NCBI GenBank assembly: GCA_964016885.1
Contig: OZ024742.1
Coordinates: forward strand, 262,384,001-262,448,000
From: Eledone cirrhosa
Lineage: Eukaryota
DNA length: 64,000 nucleotides
Reading direction: 5' to 3'
Shown here: piece after piece, positions 41,628-55,376 of the stretch
How the letters are laid out: each line of letters starts with the position of its first letter
Numbering within the stretch: the first letter of the stretch is position 1
Translations under genes and position numbers: made by a program
The notes under the pieces: generated by a model
Database searches by the model: none
Seen by the model: only the letters and a program-made list of their open reading frames with translations
What the model was told of the DNA's origin: nothing

Positions 41628-44600
41628 ATATAATATAAGCGAGCCAAGCCAGCACTTGAGAATACCTTTCCGACGGTCGGCTTATTTTCCAATCAATAAG
41701 TGTCATTTACTAATTATTTGGCTAACAATCCTGAGACATTTCCACTTACCCCAGTTGCTTTAATATTTTTTTGCAATAGTTCCTGAGACATAATCACTTA
41801 CCCCCATTGCACCCATTATTATTGGTGTTAGTACCAAGCCATATGCCCCATTACGTACATAGATAGAAATAATGGATCTTTTTAGAAAGCCCCCGCCAAA
41901 AGATATCCCCACATCTATGTTAAAAATCACATACGCTGGCGTTAAGCGGTAATTTCTATCTATCTTGGTACAGCCAATACAGTGCAGAGGGGCGGGATAG
42001 TGTTACGGCAAACTGTCTTAAGTTAAGTCGACAATTGTAGTTGTTGAGGCACGGTTGAAGGGCATAGGGTTAAGGACTGATGCATTCACTTACGGGGGTT
42101 CGACAATCGGTCACAACTAACCTATTACCCAAGTGAGTTTTAGACTGAAAACTATTAACCTCTTCTACATCAACTAACCTAAGCATAAACAGATACTTAA
42201 ACTTACTAGCCCGCTGTGCACCTGGTTTTCTGCATCCACAAGTTATACGTTGTTGTTAATATATCCCAGGCTATGCCTCCAAAGAAGAGAGTTTGTTTCG
42301 GAAGAAAAACGCCTTTTCAAAAAGACTGCAAATGAGGAGAGCAAATGAACAGTCCCTAGAAGCTGCTATTAGCCCATTGCAAAACGATGCATCAACACCC
42401 ACTACCCGAACTGTTGAGAGTGACCTTAGACCGGCAACAAATGATTTATCAGAAACCGACATCCGATCTGCTGAGGATGACGACCAGTGTGTCCTGCGAA
42501 AAGCACGAAAAGCTGCATTAAAAGCCGCTGCCCGAACTGCTGAGACTGCAGCACAGCGTTATCTGCGTCTAAGAAAAATGCTGCATCAACTGCTGCCACT
42601 GGAGCTGCTGAGAGTGCAGAACAGCGTGCCCTACGTCAAACAGAAAATGATGCGTCAACTGCTGCCACCCGTGCTGCTGAGAGTGCAGAACAGCGTGCCT
42701 TGTGTCAGGCAGGAGATGCTGCATCAACTGCTGCCATCCGAGCTTCTGAGACCTCCGACGCCTGACGGGATCGTTTGAAGAGTATCGCTCAGCGTAGAAA
42801 TACTTGGCAGGGTGTTTCAAGGCCATGTAGTTCAAGATGGCTACTAGAAGCATTTGAATATAGGCCCGACAGCGATTATGCTAACCATCCAGACATGTCA
42901 ATTTCCAGTATGCGAGATACTTCCAAATTTTGCTCTGCGAATAAGTGGCCAGGAGAACCAGCCGGCATGTGTTGCGCAAGTGGAAAGGTCAAATTACCCG
43001 CTCTAGAGGATCCGCCCAGCCATTTCTGCTGTTTCTTACAGGCACAACCCCAGAATCAAAGCATTTCCTAAGTAATACCAGAAAGTACAAATGTGCCTTT
43101 CAAATGACTTCTTTCGGGGCGAATATCGTTAGGAAAGGTGGGTTTATGCCTACGTTTAAAATCCAGGGGCAGGTTTACCATAGGATAGGACCACTTCAGC
43201 CCGTTGCGAACCAAGAGTCTCAGTTTCTTCAACTGTACTTCGTTGGCAGCTACTAAGAGCAAGCGAGAAGACGAAACACTATATCACCCGGCACTAATTT
43301 CGAGTTGACATTGCAGCACCAAGAGATGCTACATGCAAAAAACAGTTATGTGCAGACTTTTAAGTATGCATTAGAAACAGCATCAATCTCCAATTTTAAT
43401 GTTGTCATTAATGCTGACAAACGGCCATTTGGAGAGCATGCTGGCCGCTATAATCCGCCTACATGCAACGAAATCGCCATTGTGCTTGAAGGTGAACAGC
43501 AAAATCCAAAGGACATTGTTCTCACGTGTCGCGACAACACTCTTAAGCGAATCAGCGAAACCCACAGATCCTACGACGCGCTACAATACCCCTTGCTCTT
43601 CGTGAATGGAGAAGACGGTTACCATTTGGGCATTCACCAACGTAATCCCCACAGACCAGACGAGTGCAGCAACAAACAAGTTTCCTGCATGGAGTTCTAC
43701 GCATACTGCTTCATGACCCGAAGCAACTGCCTGAATCATCTCCACTGTCCACGCGAGCTATTCCATCAATTTGCAGTCGACATGTGTGCTAAGATGGAGT
43801 CCGAGAGGCTGCGCTACATCAGGTACAACCAACAAAAGCTGCGTTCAGAGAGTTACATTCACCTTCGAGATGGTATCAACAAAGACGTTGCTCCGGGAGG
43901 CTTAGGGCAGTTATGCATTTTGCCTTCCACCTTCACCGGGGTCCGCGGTATATGCATGAGCGGACGCAAGACGCCATGACATATGTGCGCCACTACGGTC
44001 GGCCGACTTATTCATTACCTTTACCTGCAACCCCCAAGTGGAAGGAGATCGAGGCTGAATTCTTCCAAGACCAGAAAGCATGACCCTTTAGCCAGGGTCT
44101 TCCGACTGAAGTTACAGAAACTCATGGACCTTATCAAGAAAGGGCAGGTATTTGGGCCTGTAAAATGCGACATGTACACAGTTGAGTGGCAAAAAAGGGG
44201 TCTGCCACATGCCCATATTCTTATTTGGATGTCAACAAAGATTAACTCCATCAACATTGACAGGTTTATCTCTGCAGAACTCCCAACCCTTCTGTTGACA
44301 AAAACCTCTTTGACATAGTGCGGGCAAACATGGTTCATGGTCCATGCGGCGTGGATTTAACCGACACTCACCATGCTTGAGAGATTCAGTTTGCAGCAAA
44401 ACTTTCCGAAGCAGTTTCTTCGAGAGACCCAGACCGGCAAAAACTGATACCCGCTGTACAGACGAAGAAAGCCGGAAGATGGCGGGTTTACAGTGCACAT
44501 TGGGCCATACGAAGTAGACAACAGGTGGATAGTGCCGTACAGCCCTATTCTGTCCAAGGCGTTCAACGCTCACATCAACGTAGAGTTTTGCAACTCTGTG

Positions 44601-47600
44601 AAGTCCATCAAATATGTCTGCAAGTACATCAATAAGGGCTCAGACGCTGCTATGTTTGGCCTGCAGCAACACGGCAATCGGGACGAAGTTACACAGTACC
44701 AAGGGCGTAGATACATAAGCAGTAACGAGGCCTTCTGGCGGATTTTCGGTTTCCCCTTGCATCAAAGGTACCCACCCATCCAACAACTTGCTGTTCACCT
44801 TGAAAACGGTCAACGCGTATACTTCACTGCTTCCACTGCTGCTCGATTGGTCGAGGAACCGAAGTACACTACCCTCACTGCCTTCTTTAACCTTTGTCAA
44901 GCCGATCTTGCTGTATCACAGGTGCCGTCCTACTACATCTGGGGAAAAAAACAAATGGACACGGAGGAAGAAGGGTCAAAGCGTTGATGGATACCCTGCC
45001 ATTAAATTTGACAGTTGCCTCGGGAAAGTTTACACAGTTCATCCAAGCCAACAAGAGTGTTTCTACCTTCGTCTGCTACTTCATGAGGTTAGGGGACCAA
45101 CGTCTTACCAACATTTGAAAACAGTCAACGGTCGGCTTTGCGCTACTTTCAGAGAGGCTTGCTTAAGACATGGACTGTTAGAAGACTGCGCACAGTGGGA
45201 TGCTACGCTCGCGGACGCTGCCGTTTCACAGTCGCTGAAAAGTCTCAGGGCTCTCTTTACAGTGCTTCTGAACATTTGCGAAGTCTCAGATCCCGTCTCT
45301 CTGTGGTTGAAGTATAGAGATGCCCTGGCGGAAGACTTTTACCACCAAACACAATTGCGGTATCCTAGCCTTGATGCTGCCAGTGACGACGTCTACAACT
45401 GTGCTGTGATTGACGTGGAAAACAGGACAGTTTCACTGGGTGGGAGTACTTCGTCAACGTACGGGCTGCCGCAACCAGTACGGACAGGGATGGATAACCT
45501 TCTGACAGAGCTCATTCGCGAAACAGCCTTGCCCAATACGTCCGTGAAACAGAGCCAAAACTCCTTCCGGGACAGCAGCGGGCCTACAACACTATTTTCG
45601 ACCATGTGCGAAACCGGAAAGGGGGAATCTTCTTCCTAGATGCACCTGGAGGGACAGGAAAAACGTTTGTAACTAAGCTTCTTCTAGCCAAAGTGAGGCA
45701 GCACAAGGACATCGCATTAGCCGTGGCATCCTCTGGTATTGCTGCAACTTTGTTACCCGGCTGTAGGACAGCGCACTCAGCCTTTAAGCTCCCCCTGAAC
45801 TTGGTAACATCCGAAACACCGTCCTGCAACATTAGCAAAACTTCGGACAAGGGACTGGTTCTCCGAAGGTGTCAGATCATAGTGTGGGATGAATGTACCA
45901 TGGCCCATAAAGGAGCTCTGGAAGCACTAGACACTACTTTGCAAGGCATCAGAGACTGCCAGACTACGATGGGAGCTGTCACCCTTCTCATATCCGGGGA
46001 CTTCCGACAGACTCTTCCCGTTATTCCCAAGGGAACCAGGGAAGATGAAGTCCGGGCGTGCCTCAAGTCCTCTCCGTTGTGGCAAAAGGTAACAACGTTG
46101 ACCCTGACAACTAACATGCACGGCGACCCTGACAACTAACTGCACGGCGACCAACTGGCAGCAGAGTTTGCTTCGGATATTTTGTCACATGGCGATGGCA
46201 AGATCACCCTCGATGGAGATGGCGAATTGTCACTCAGTCCGATTTGTACCACTGTCAACACAGTCGAGGACCTCAAGGCTCAAGTGTTTCCCAGTCTTAC
46301 TGATAACTACCAAGACGTGAATTGGTTATGCGAAAGAGCTACTTTAGCTCCACAAAACAGCATAGTGAACGCTATCAACGAGCACCTTTGGCAATCTCTT
46401 CCTGGAAGGCTGCATATTTACAAGTCCGTCGATACAGTCCCCGACCAAGACCAAGCGGTATACTACCCTGTTGAATTCCTCAATTCGCTAGAACCTCCTG
46501 GACTGCCTCCTCATAGACTGGAACTAAAAATTGGAACTTCAATAATGCTTCTTAGGAATTTGGACCCTCCAAAACTTTGCAACGGCACACGTCTGGTTAT
46601 AAAGAAGGTCACGCAGCACGTCGTTGAAGCCACCATTGTTTCAAGGTGTGGCAAAGGAGAGGATGTGTTCGTTCCCAGAATACCACTCATTCCATCAGGT
46701 GCAGAAATTCCGTTTAGCTTCAGACGCCTTAAATTTCCGCTTCGCATAAGTTTTGCCATGTCTATCAACAAGTCCCAGGGGCAGACACTTTCAGTAGCAG
46801 GACTCCACTTGGAAGAATAATGCTTCTCACACGGTCAACTATACGTAGGATGCTCCAGAGTGGGGAGCAAAGGAAGTCTTTTCGCGTACACTCCACGAGG
46901 GAAAACAAAGAACATTGTCTACTAAGAGGTTTTACGCCAAGATGCCACGTGTGCTCAAACGGACTAAATCAAGCTAAGGTTTTATACTACTGCCCCTATA
47001 CAATTTCGTATTTACACCTTCATATTACCATCCTTCCTGCAATCAGGTATAAGTCAGGAATTCGGAAACAACCACAGGCAGAAAGAATGACCAAAGAGAG
47101 CTCGGATGAAACCTTCCACAGTTTTCCACTACATCAAACGGCCACTGCTATATCCTCTGCAGATTGACACGCTGTAAGCAATGTCAATGTTACTGCTGCT
47201 ACTTAGGACTCCCATTACCATCCGCAGTAGTCAGTTTATTGAAGGAGAAACAGAAGGGTCTCGAATTTGCCGTCCAAAAACCCCATTGACAATAACGAAA
47301 ACCGCTAACATCACACGCAGAATGATACATTGTAGGTCGCTTTAACTCGTCTTTTATGAATCAAAAAACTTCTTGCCAATAAACATTAACCCTTTGTGCG
47401 CCATTCATCTAGCTGTAGACCAACAAATACCAACTAAACGGAGCGTTGACAAGAATGATGGCGAATGAATCTTCGAGGTAAGCAGTTTTCTCCCGAGCTG
47501 TTGGTTCACGCAGGATTCTCTGCTACACCTTTTCGTAATAATACCGAACAACGTACTGCTGGTCACTCCTTCCTCCAAAAGCCGTACAAAGCGGACATGT

Positions 47601-48035
47601 GCATCGGGCAGATGGATCGGATGCAAATCTACACCAGGCCTACGCGAGAAATTCGCAAGGGACTGCACCGAGAGGGATAGAGAGAAAGAGTAACTTAGTG
47701 GAAAGAGTGCGAATGAATTTTTGAGGTAAGTAGCCTACACCTTACTGCTAAGATACTGGAACCTTTTGCCAACTTAACCTGTGACTTTCTCTTTCACATT
47801 TACTCCAATAGGCCAAAACAGAGGAGTATGAAAAGAAAGGGCTCAACAATATTTCTATGAACAATGCACATAGACAGCTAAACTGTACTTTCAACTTCTT
47901 AATTTTCTCCAAATAAAACAAGTTTCCTGTCGGTATATTTTCGTGAGTTTTTAACAGGCACTCACAAATAAACGTTTCTCATTGGAGGTGCTATTACCAA
48001 TGTTCTTACCCGTGCAACGCCGGGATACACTGCTA

Positions 48036-48036
<1 letters not shown>
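41628..48036 (+). mobile_element. Decayed autonomous-type Helitron (RepHel: HUH-Y2 Rep + PIF1 helicase)
   Basis: AFQMTSFGA, YDALQYPL, VEWQKRGLPHAHILIW, KYVCKYINKG, DAPGGTGKT, IVWDECTM, GDFRQTLPV, INKSQGQTL over 42270-46930, with many frameshifts. 3' hairpin cccgtgcaacgccggg and CTAG|T at 48036. The 5' end is approximate. Confidence 0.93.
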
Positions 48037-48119
<83 letters not shown>

Positions 48120-48199
48120 CTCGGCAGAGCCGTTCTGCTAGAGAACGAGTCGCAGGTGGCGGATAGCGATACGGCCACCAGATATGATGGCTAGTTGCC

Positions 48200-48785
48200 A
48201 GACGAATTAACAACCCCGGACCAACAGCGGTAAACTACTAGGGGAGATGGAGCAATGGGTGTCACCTGTAACTCTGAAGTAAACTCTCACAACCCTAGTC
48301 TTCGTGTGTTTGACAAAGTACCAGATTGGTGACTGGCACGAATAAAACCACTGAAACTGAAACTGTAATATGATGAGGAAAACAAAGAAGAACCGCGAAT
48401 TAAGAAGTTCAAACCTTAGGTAAAATATATCGAAAAATATATTGCAGTCTCCATTTCATGCCGCAAAAACTGGTGATGGGCTTGCGACTTGTCTTGGGAG
48501 GCGTGGGATGGACTCACAAAGATTGCGTATCCTGAGACCCCAAAGCGGGCCCGGAAGGGAGCAAACCTTAACAGTTGGAACCTGGAACATCACAACCCCT
48601 ACTGGTAAGAATAAGGAATTAGTGGAGGAGGCTAGATGCTACTGGCTAGATATAGTTGGGGTTTCCTCAACAAAGTTCCGTGGCTTCGATATTGTAGATT
48701 TGGATGGAAGATGGAAACTCCACTATTCAGGCGTGGCGCCAGAAATGACTGGACAGACGGGAGTGGCGATACTAACCATTATGCA
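48200..48785 (+). mobile_element. RTE-like LINE 5' fragment (APE N-terminus)
   Basis: LTVGTWNITT..ELVEE..LDIVGVSSTK..WKLHYSG..GVAIL. Confidence 0.7.
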
Positions 48786-49039
48786 TATGTCATACGACAA
48801 AAAGAAAACTTTGAAAACCCAGCAAGATCGAAACAAACTCTTCAGTTTTGCGTCGTTTATACTTGGGGATCCTGATGACGGTGGAAGCTTCGGTCTCCTC
48901 TTTGACTTCAAGGCTCAGAGGCAACGTCACTTCCTTTGACCACCACTCAACAGTTTCTCGCTTCTCCCATACTGCCCATCTACGCCAACACTGCGCAACG
49001 CAGTCCCCTTCTGATTGTGTGAAACGGCTGTGTGAAACG

Positions 49040-51060
49040 GCTCCAAGTAAATCGTAAATTAAAAGAGGGCGACGATCCCTGACGGTGTTACTGCCTTGTC
49101 TGCGTCTGACGAGGTTGTGGCAGCAGCCCTGAGATCCTTCCCAGCGAGTAGTAGTGGATGGTCTGAAACCTAATTACCCCAGAGACTTAATCTCGCCAGA
49201 CTTCGCTGAGGCGGGAGCATGATTGATCCGATCCATTACCACTTTTACGAACAGGCTTCTTCGTGCCGACCTCCCTCGTGATCTTCTCTTCTCAGCTAAC
49301 TTAACAACATTGAAGAAGAATGATGGTGATATACGACCAATTGTAGTGGGCAACGTCTTTCGGGGACTTGCGGTTAAGATAGCTTTCAAGCCAGTCGTTG
49401 ACGACCTGAGCGAGGAATTCAGTCCTGTTTAGCTCGGAGTGGGAGTTAAGCGTGGATGTGAGGCGGCTGTTCATGTGGCCAGACAATTCAGAGAGCACAC
49501 GTCTCCTTCATTGAGCCTGTTGCTGAGGACTTCCAGTTGGTCATCCCTGCCCTAAGGCACATAGGACCGGAGATCAACACGTCCAAGTCCGGGGTCGTCA
49601 ATATGAGCTACGGCGAAGTCGAATTCCATGACGCCATACTCAACATCAATCCTGTCCTCACTGGGGCTTGGTTGACCCCGAAGGATGCCATCTACATTCT
49701 CGGCTCTCCACTCCCACCCCAGAAAGCCATACCTGAGTCCCTGGAGGCAAGCATGCATATCTGACGAGGATGACGGAGAGATTATGCTTCATCGACATGC
49801 ACCCGGCGCTCTTCCTCCTGGGGGGACTGCCTCGCGCTCCTCAAATTCCTCTTCATACCACGCGGTGCGCCTTGACACCCTCTAGCCTCTTCAAATTCGA
49901 TGCCACCATCCGTATTTGCTTTGACAGTGCCAGCTGGCAACAGGTGAAACTCCCTATGAGATTCGGCGGCCTCGAATTCCATTCAATTCTTGACTTGGCA
50001 CCACCAGCCTATCTCTCCTTAATCTCCTCCAGCTGCACCCTAATCAATGAGATACTCCAAAGAACGACAGAACCTAACGTGATCCGGGAGCTGGAGTTAG
50101 TTCTGGCTGATTGGACCGACGAAGAATTGTTGTTCCCCAGTGTATCGATGCCCAACGTAACAGGGACGACGTCAAGTGCAAGTTCACATTCAGGTGGATC
50201 AAGCCTTCCTTAGACCAACACCATCTCGCCTGCTTACGTTCCGCATCGCAACCAAACATTGGCGGTGTCTTCTTCATCAATCGGTACCCTTCTTGACGAT
50301 GATTGCACTCGCATTGGAGTGGAACAGCGTCTCGGCCTCTACGTGTGTAAATCACAGAGATGCCGTTGTAGAACAGTGGTCGACTTCGGTCTGCACCCAT
50401 TGTATTGCCGCTTTAGTGCAGACCGGTTCCCCCATTTCAGCGCTATGAACAACATCACCAGGAGGAGCCTCAAGGAAGCCGGTTTCCTATCACAATTGGA
50501 GCCGGCTGGTCTCAAGCGTAGCGTTGGCAAGCACACCGACGGATTAAATCTCTCTCCTTTCGAGGAGGGCATCACTAACTCGTTCTCCGCCACCAGCCTT
50601 GTCACTTCGGCCACAAACCCGGGCTCCGGAGGAGATGAAGATAGTTAAATACCGGAGCAGGACTGACCGCTTCCTATTTGCACCGGTCTCCGTTGAGACT
50701 TCTGGTGTCCTTCGTTCTCGCATTTCTGAATTCCTCAGTAAAATAGGAAATATGTCGGTCCACTTGGGTGAGTGATCCCCATGAGATGGAGTGACTGTTG
50801 CAGCGGGTGTCTCTGGCCATTTTCTGCGGCAACGCCTTTGCCATTTTGTCCGCGGTGCGCGGTTGAGGCACCGCTCAGATTAGAGTGTTGTGTCCCCCCT
50901 CTCCCTTTCTTTCGTTGTTTGATACTTTTTCTTTTATTCTTTTCATTTCATTTTTTCTTCCCTTTTTTTGTTCTCATTAATATTGTTTTTTTTTGTTTTT
51001 ATTAGATACTTCTCGATTATTTTTATGTAATTATATCTTAGAAATAAAAGTTTATAGTTT
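49040..51060 (+). mobile_element. Decayed CRE-like non-LTR retrotransposon (RT + Zn finger + restriction-like endonuclease)
   Basis: LKKNDGDIRPIVVGNVFR, LGVGVKRGCEAAVH, YILGSPL, QVKLPMRFGGL, CRC..GLHPLYC, LEPAGL..GKHTDGL. The central RT is deleted. Confidence 0.85.
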
Positions 51061-51264
51061 GCATTTTACTTGCAAGTTCAAATACAAAAAAAAAAATGTT
51101 TCTGAATACACAATGCACAAGCACATCCTTTATGTACTCCACTCTGCCACAACGTATATCAGATATATGTATATATACTTAAAGTAGATTATATATTGTA
51201 ATATATAGGTTGATAGATACGTATATATATATAATATATATATACATACATACATACATATATA

Positions 51265-51318
<54 letters not shown>

Positions 51319-51499
51319 GTTTTGTCCTAACGTACGTCTGTATAAGTATGTATAAAACTAACTCCTGATTGAGTTGTAGGGGCGTCGTTGTCACATACGG
51401 CGTGTTTGGGGCACTTTTGTCCTGGCGGAGCTCATCTCCTTACCAGAGTGAGAAACAGAGAGAGTGAGAGAGAGAGGAAGCGAGAAAGAGATAGCGAGG

Positions 51500-51665
51500 A
51501 AGAATCGACGCCAGTTCTGGACTGGTACTTTTTTTTTTTATAAACCTCGAAAGTAAGAAAAGCAAAGTTGACCTTGGCGGGATTTCCACTCACCGAGAGC
51601 AGAGAGCCGGAACGAGTATCGTATGACATTTTACCCGGTTTTCTAACGACACTGCCAATATGCTG
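51500..51665 (-). mobile_element. Diverged SINE
   Basis: ctggtacttt..aaagcaaagttgaccttggcgggatt..acactgccaa. Confidence 0.7.
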
Positions 51666-52379
51666 CCTAAAATCAAATATATGCAAGTATATATAAATGT
51701 GTGTGTGTGTGTATGTATATGTGTGTGTATGTATATGTGTTTGTGTATATGCGTGTGTATGTATATATCATGTTTCTTTCACCTGTGTCTTCCCACGATG
51801 GGACCTGTACACTTTTTTTTCTTCTACTCCTTCCCTAATTTTTCCCCTTCTTCCTCTCTCCTCATCTTTTTCGCCCCTGTTCGTCCTCTTTTCCCTCGCT
51901 TTCCTTTTCTCTCTCCGTTTATTTACTCTCTTTCTCTCTCCTTTTCCACCTTTCCTTTTGATTAATAAAAGGCCTCGGGTGCACCCGAACTACACCGATG
52001 TCCTGTAATTCAGCGCCGAAACATCGGTTCGGGATACATTTACAGCTGACGATGGAAACTCCTTTCTTCCTTTCTCCTCCTGTTCCGTCCTAACCACCAT
52101 ACTAAACCTTGTTTTGTGTAACCACACAGCTCCTTTCGTTTCATAACTTTTTGTATATATATACATGTGTGTGCGTGCGTGTGTGTGTGTGTATCTATTT
52201 CTAGTTCTATGTGGGTGGTACTTTGTATGTGTGTACTTACCTTTTTCTACTGTATATTTTTATTTTTTATTTTTTATTTTTCTATAGATTTTGTATCTTT
52301 AGGTATATTTCCAGATTCTTTTTGTGGAAGTAAAACCTACGACTTTGTGTAAAATGTCGACCATACTTAAATACAGAAC

Positions 52380-52605
52380 CAGCAGAACCTGGGTTAGTCG
52401 CAGACTGCACCAGGTTGCGGCTGCAGAAAGTGTCGGTGCAAGTGGCATCCCAGACGAGGGGTTTGCCACCGCGGACGGGAAGATGGTCATGCCATCTGGC
52501 CTTTTGCCATCCCCACCAGCTCGAGCTGGGAAGGTAAGCCTGCAGCGTCCAAGCCATGCTTTATGATCTCGTTGAGGGCAGCATGGCGTGGAAGGCGGCC
52601 GGCAC
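52380..52605 (-). mobile_element. CRE-like endonuclease fragment
   Basis: RHAALNEIIKHGLDAAGLPSQLE / GDGKRPDGMTIFP / GKPLVWDATCTDTF. Confidence 0.8.
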
Positions 52606-52986
52606 ATGTAAATATTTTTATGTGTCTATGTATGTTTATATGTGGGTGTATTGGTATGCGTGTGAGCATGTGTATGTTTTTTCACATGTGCGTGCATGTG
52701 AATGCAGTTATGTGATAAAATCTTATATTGTTTTATTCCAAATGAAAATAAAATCACATGTTGACACTCCTGGGGTCTAATACAATTAGCCTGTAAAATT
52801 TGATTTCATTTGGTCCAGCCGTTAGAGAATGCATAGGAACAGACAGACAGACAAAGAATTCTATATATATATATATATATATATATTATTATATTATTAT
52901 ATATATATATATATATATATATATTAATCTCTGGAATTTTACCCGCCCTAGATATAGATATATATATGAATGCGTGCGTGTGTGCG

Positions 52987-53034
<48 letters not shown>

Positions 53035-53036
53035 TG

Positions 53037-53099
<63 letters not shown>

Positions 53100-53364
53100 A
53101 TGTATACGTGTATGTCTTTATTTTTTTCCTTTTTATCTTTTATATTTTTTTTACCAATATATTTCTCTTTTTCTATTTATAAGCTATTTATTTTGAAAGA
53201 AAGTTATTTTTAGTTTTTATAGTAATGTGCAAGAGTGGTTTGACGTTGTTCCTTTGTAGTTAGACACCATATATATTTTCCATGCATTATGGTGTCATTT
53301 AAAATTATAAATGTAACTGACTGCTGATTGTTGGGCGGTTTGATGTGTTTTACTTATAAATAAC

Positions 53365-53409
53365 TGATTTTGAAAAGTCCCAATAAGGGGATGAAACGTT
53401 CGTAAATCA
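53365..53409 (+). ncRNA. Hammerhead motif with U3-A8 core (family O)
   Basis: UGAUU / UUGAAAA / GUCCC-AAUAAG-GGGAU / GAAAC-GUUC-GUA^ / AAUCA. Confidence 0.7.
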
Positions 53410-53507
53410 ATATTTAATGTAAAAAGGTATTAGGTAATTACTTTAATGAATATATATATATGTATATATATATTTGTGTTGGAGCTCTGAAATAACGATG
53501 TATATAT

Positions 53508-53932
53508 GAATGTACGTATTGTATAGTTAATAATATACAATATGTTTATTTAAAAACATTTTGAAGGCCTTTCGCTATGAATTTAAGGTAGTGACTATAG
53601 TCACATACCTAGCTTCAGCAAAATCAAAGGGAAATAACCGACGCGCCTCTTGTTGTTTAGGGGTTATCAAGTTCATATATCCCTCTTTGTTTTTGCTGTG
53701 AATTTGTATTCTATAAGAATCAAACTTCTACAGCTCACAACAAAAACAGAGAGGGATATATAAAACCTTGATAAACGCTAAACAACGAGAAACGCGTCGG
53801 TTATTTCCATTTGTTTTTCCTGAAGCTAGGTATGTGACTATAGTTACTACCTTAAATTCATAACGAAAGGCCTTCAAAATGTTTTAAAATAAACATACAG
53901 TATATTATTAAATATACAATACGTACATTCAT
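53508..53932. mobile_element. Fold-back element family P (HHR 53764-53802, U3-A8 core)
   Basis: ~190-bp inverted arms. AACC / UUGAUAA / ... / GAAAC-GC-GUC^ / GGUU. Homolog at 62645-62940. Confidence 0.78.
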
Positions 53933-54224
53933 GACCCGCTCCATCATCCACTTTTCTAAAACAATATATATCATACACAAAACGCCAGCATCAACAGTTT
54001 TCCAAGAGATGGCAACATGAATGGACCTGTTATTTTTCTCTAAAAACATTTTTTACAATTCCACCCCGCCATCCCTTCAATCTTTCTAATTTCCCATTCT
54101 TTCTTCTGATGAAGGACTAGCGTCCAAAACGTTACGACCCTCCTCCTGCTATTTCAAACGTTAACCTAATATATTCCTTCCATATACTGTACCGATTGTG
54201 TTGTTATTTTTGTTTACCGTTTAC

Positions 54225-54226
<2 letters not shown>
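53933..54226 (+). mobile_element. 3' end of the Neptune-like PLE (homolog of 13990-14285), HHR mutated
   Basis: ctgatgaaggactagcgtccaaaacgtt at 54106-54133 (G12A). Confidence 0.85.
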
Positions 54227-54301
<75 letters not shown>

Positions 54302-54307
54302 ATATAT

Positions 54308-54381
54308 AAAAATTATCGTTTAGAGATTATCACAACTTCACGTCCCCCTGCATTCTGTTCGAAAATAGTAAACAGTAAAAT

Positions 54382-54445
<64 letters not shown>

Positions 54446-54665
54446 TTTAATTTATTGATTTACTGAGATTTTTTATCTGAGTGTCCCGAATCTTCCGGAT
54501 CGCAAATTTTCGATCGTGCGGTTGATTATAGACTTGTTCTGTGTGTGACGGTATTTTAACGATAGTTATAGCTCTGATTTATCTAAATTATGGAGTACTC
54601 TGCCGCTCATATCGAATTTTGTTTATCGTGAACTCGTGCGCCGATTTTTCGATACTCGATTATTC

Positions 54666-54714
<49 letters not shown>

Positions 54715-54730
54715 GTGTGTGTGTGTGTGT

Positions 54731-54783
<53 letters not shown>

Positions 54784-54952
54784 AATGGAAGTTTAGTAAA
54801 ATCGAAGTTTTGGTGGTGGCCAAGCTAACGAGATACAATTAGGTTTGTGCAGCAAAGCACACAATAAGGGTGTATCACCTTAGAGTAATTAACATACGTT
54901 AGATAGCGTGACAACTTGAAACCTGCGACAGGCGAGCCTACATTCAGGTTAG

Positions 54953-55040
<88 letters not shown>

Positions 55041-55200
55041 ACTATTTTCGAACAGAATGCAGGGGGACGTGAAGTTGTGATAATCTCTCAACGACAATTT
55101 ATATTTCGGACCTAACTATTGCAATTTCTGCCTCCGATGAGCCCTTCTGGGCGAAACACGTTTAAGAGCTATATAAAGAAATGTTTTAACGGCTTGTAAC
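54308..55200 (+). mobile_element. Inverted 65-bp arms enclosing a family J repeat; HHR-like motif at 55134-55162
   Basis: 54308-54375 versus 55037-55101. CCGAUGA / GCCC-UUCU-GGGC / GAAAC-AC-GUU, with a weak stem I. Confidence 0.6.
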
Positions 55201-55211
55201 TCTTTCATTCA

Positions 55212-55280
<69 letters not shown>

Positions 55281-55332
55281 CTGTCTGTGTATGTATGTAT
55301 ATATATATATATACATACATATATATATATAT

Positions 55333-55376
<44 letters not shown>

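Noticed and set aside
51955-52060. Hammerhead-like gccgaaacatcggtt
   Set aside because: No convincing CUGANGA or stem I could be placed.
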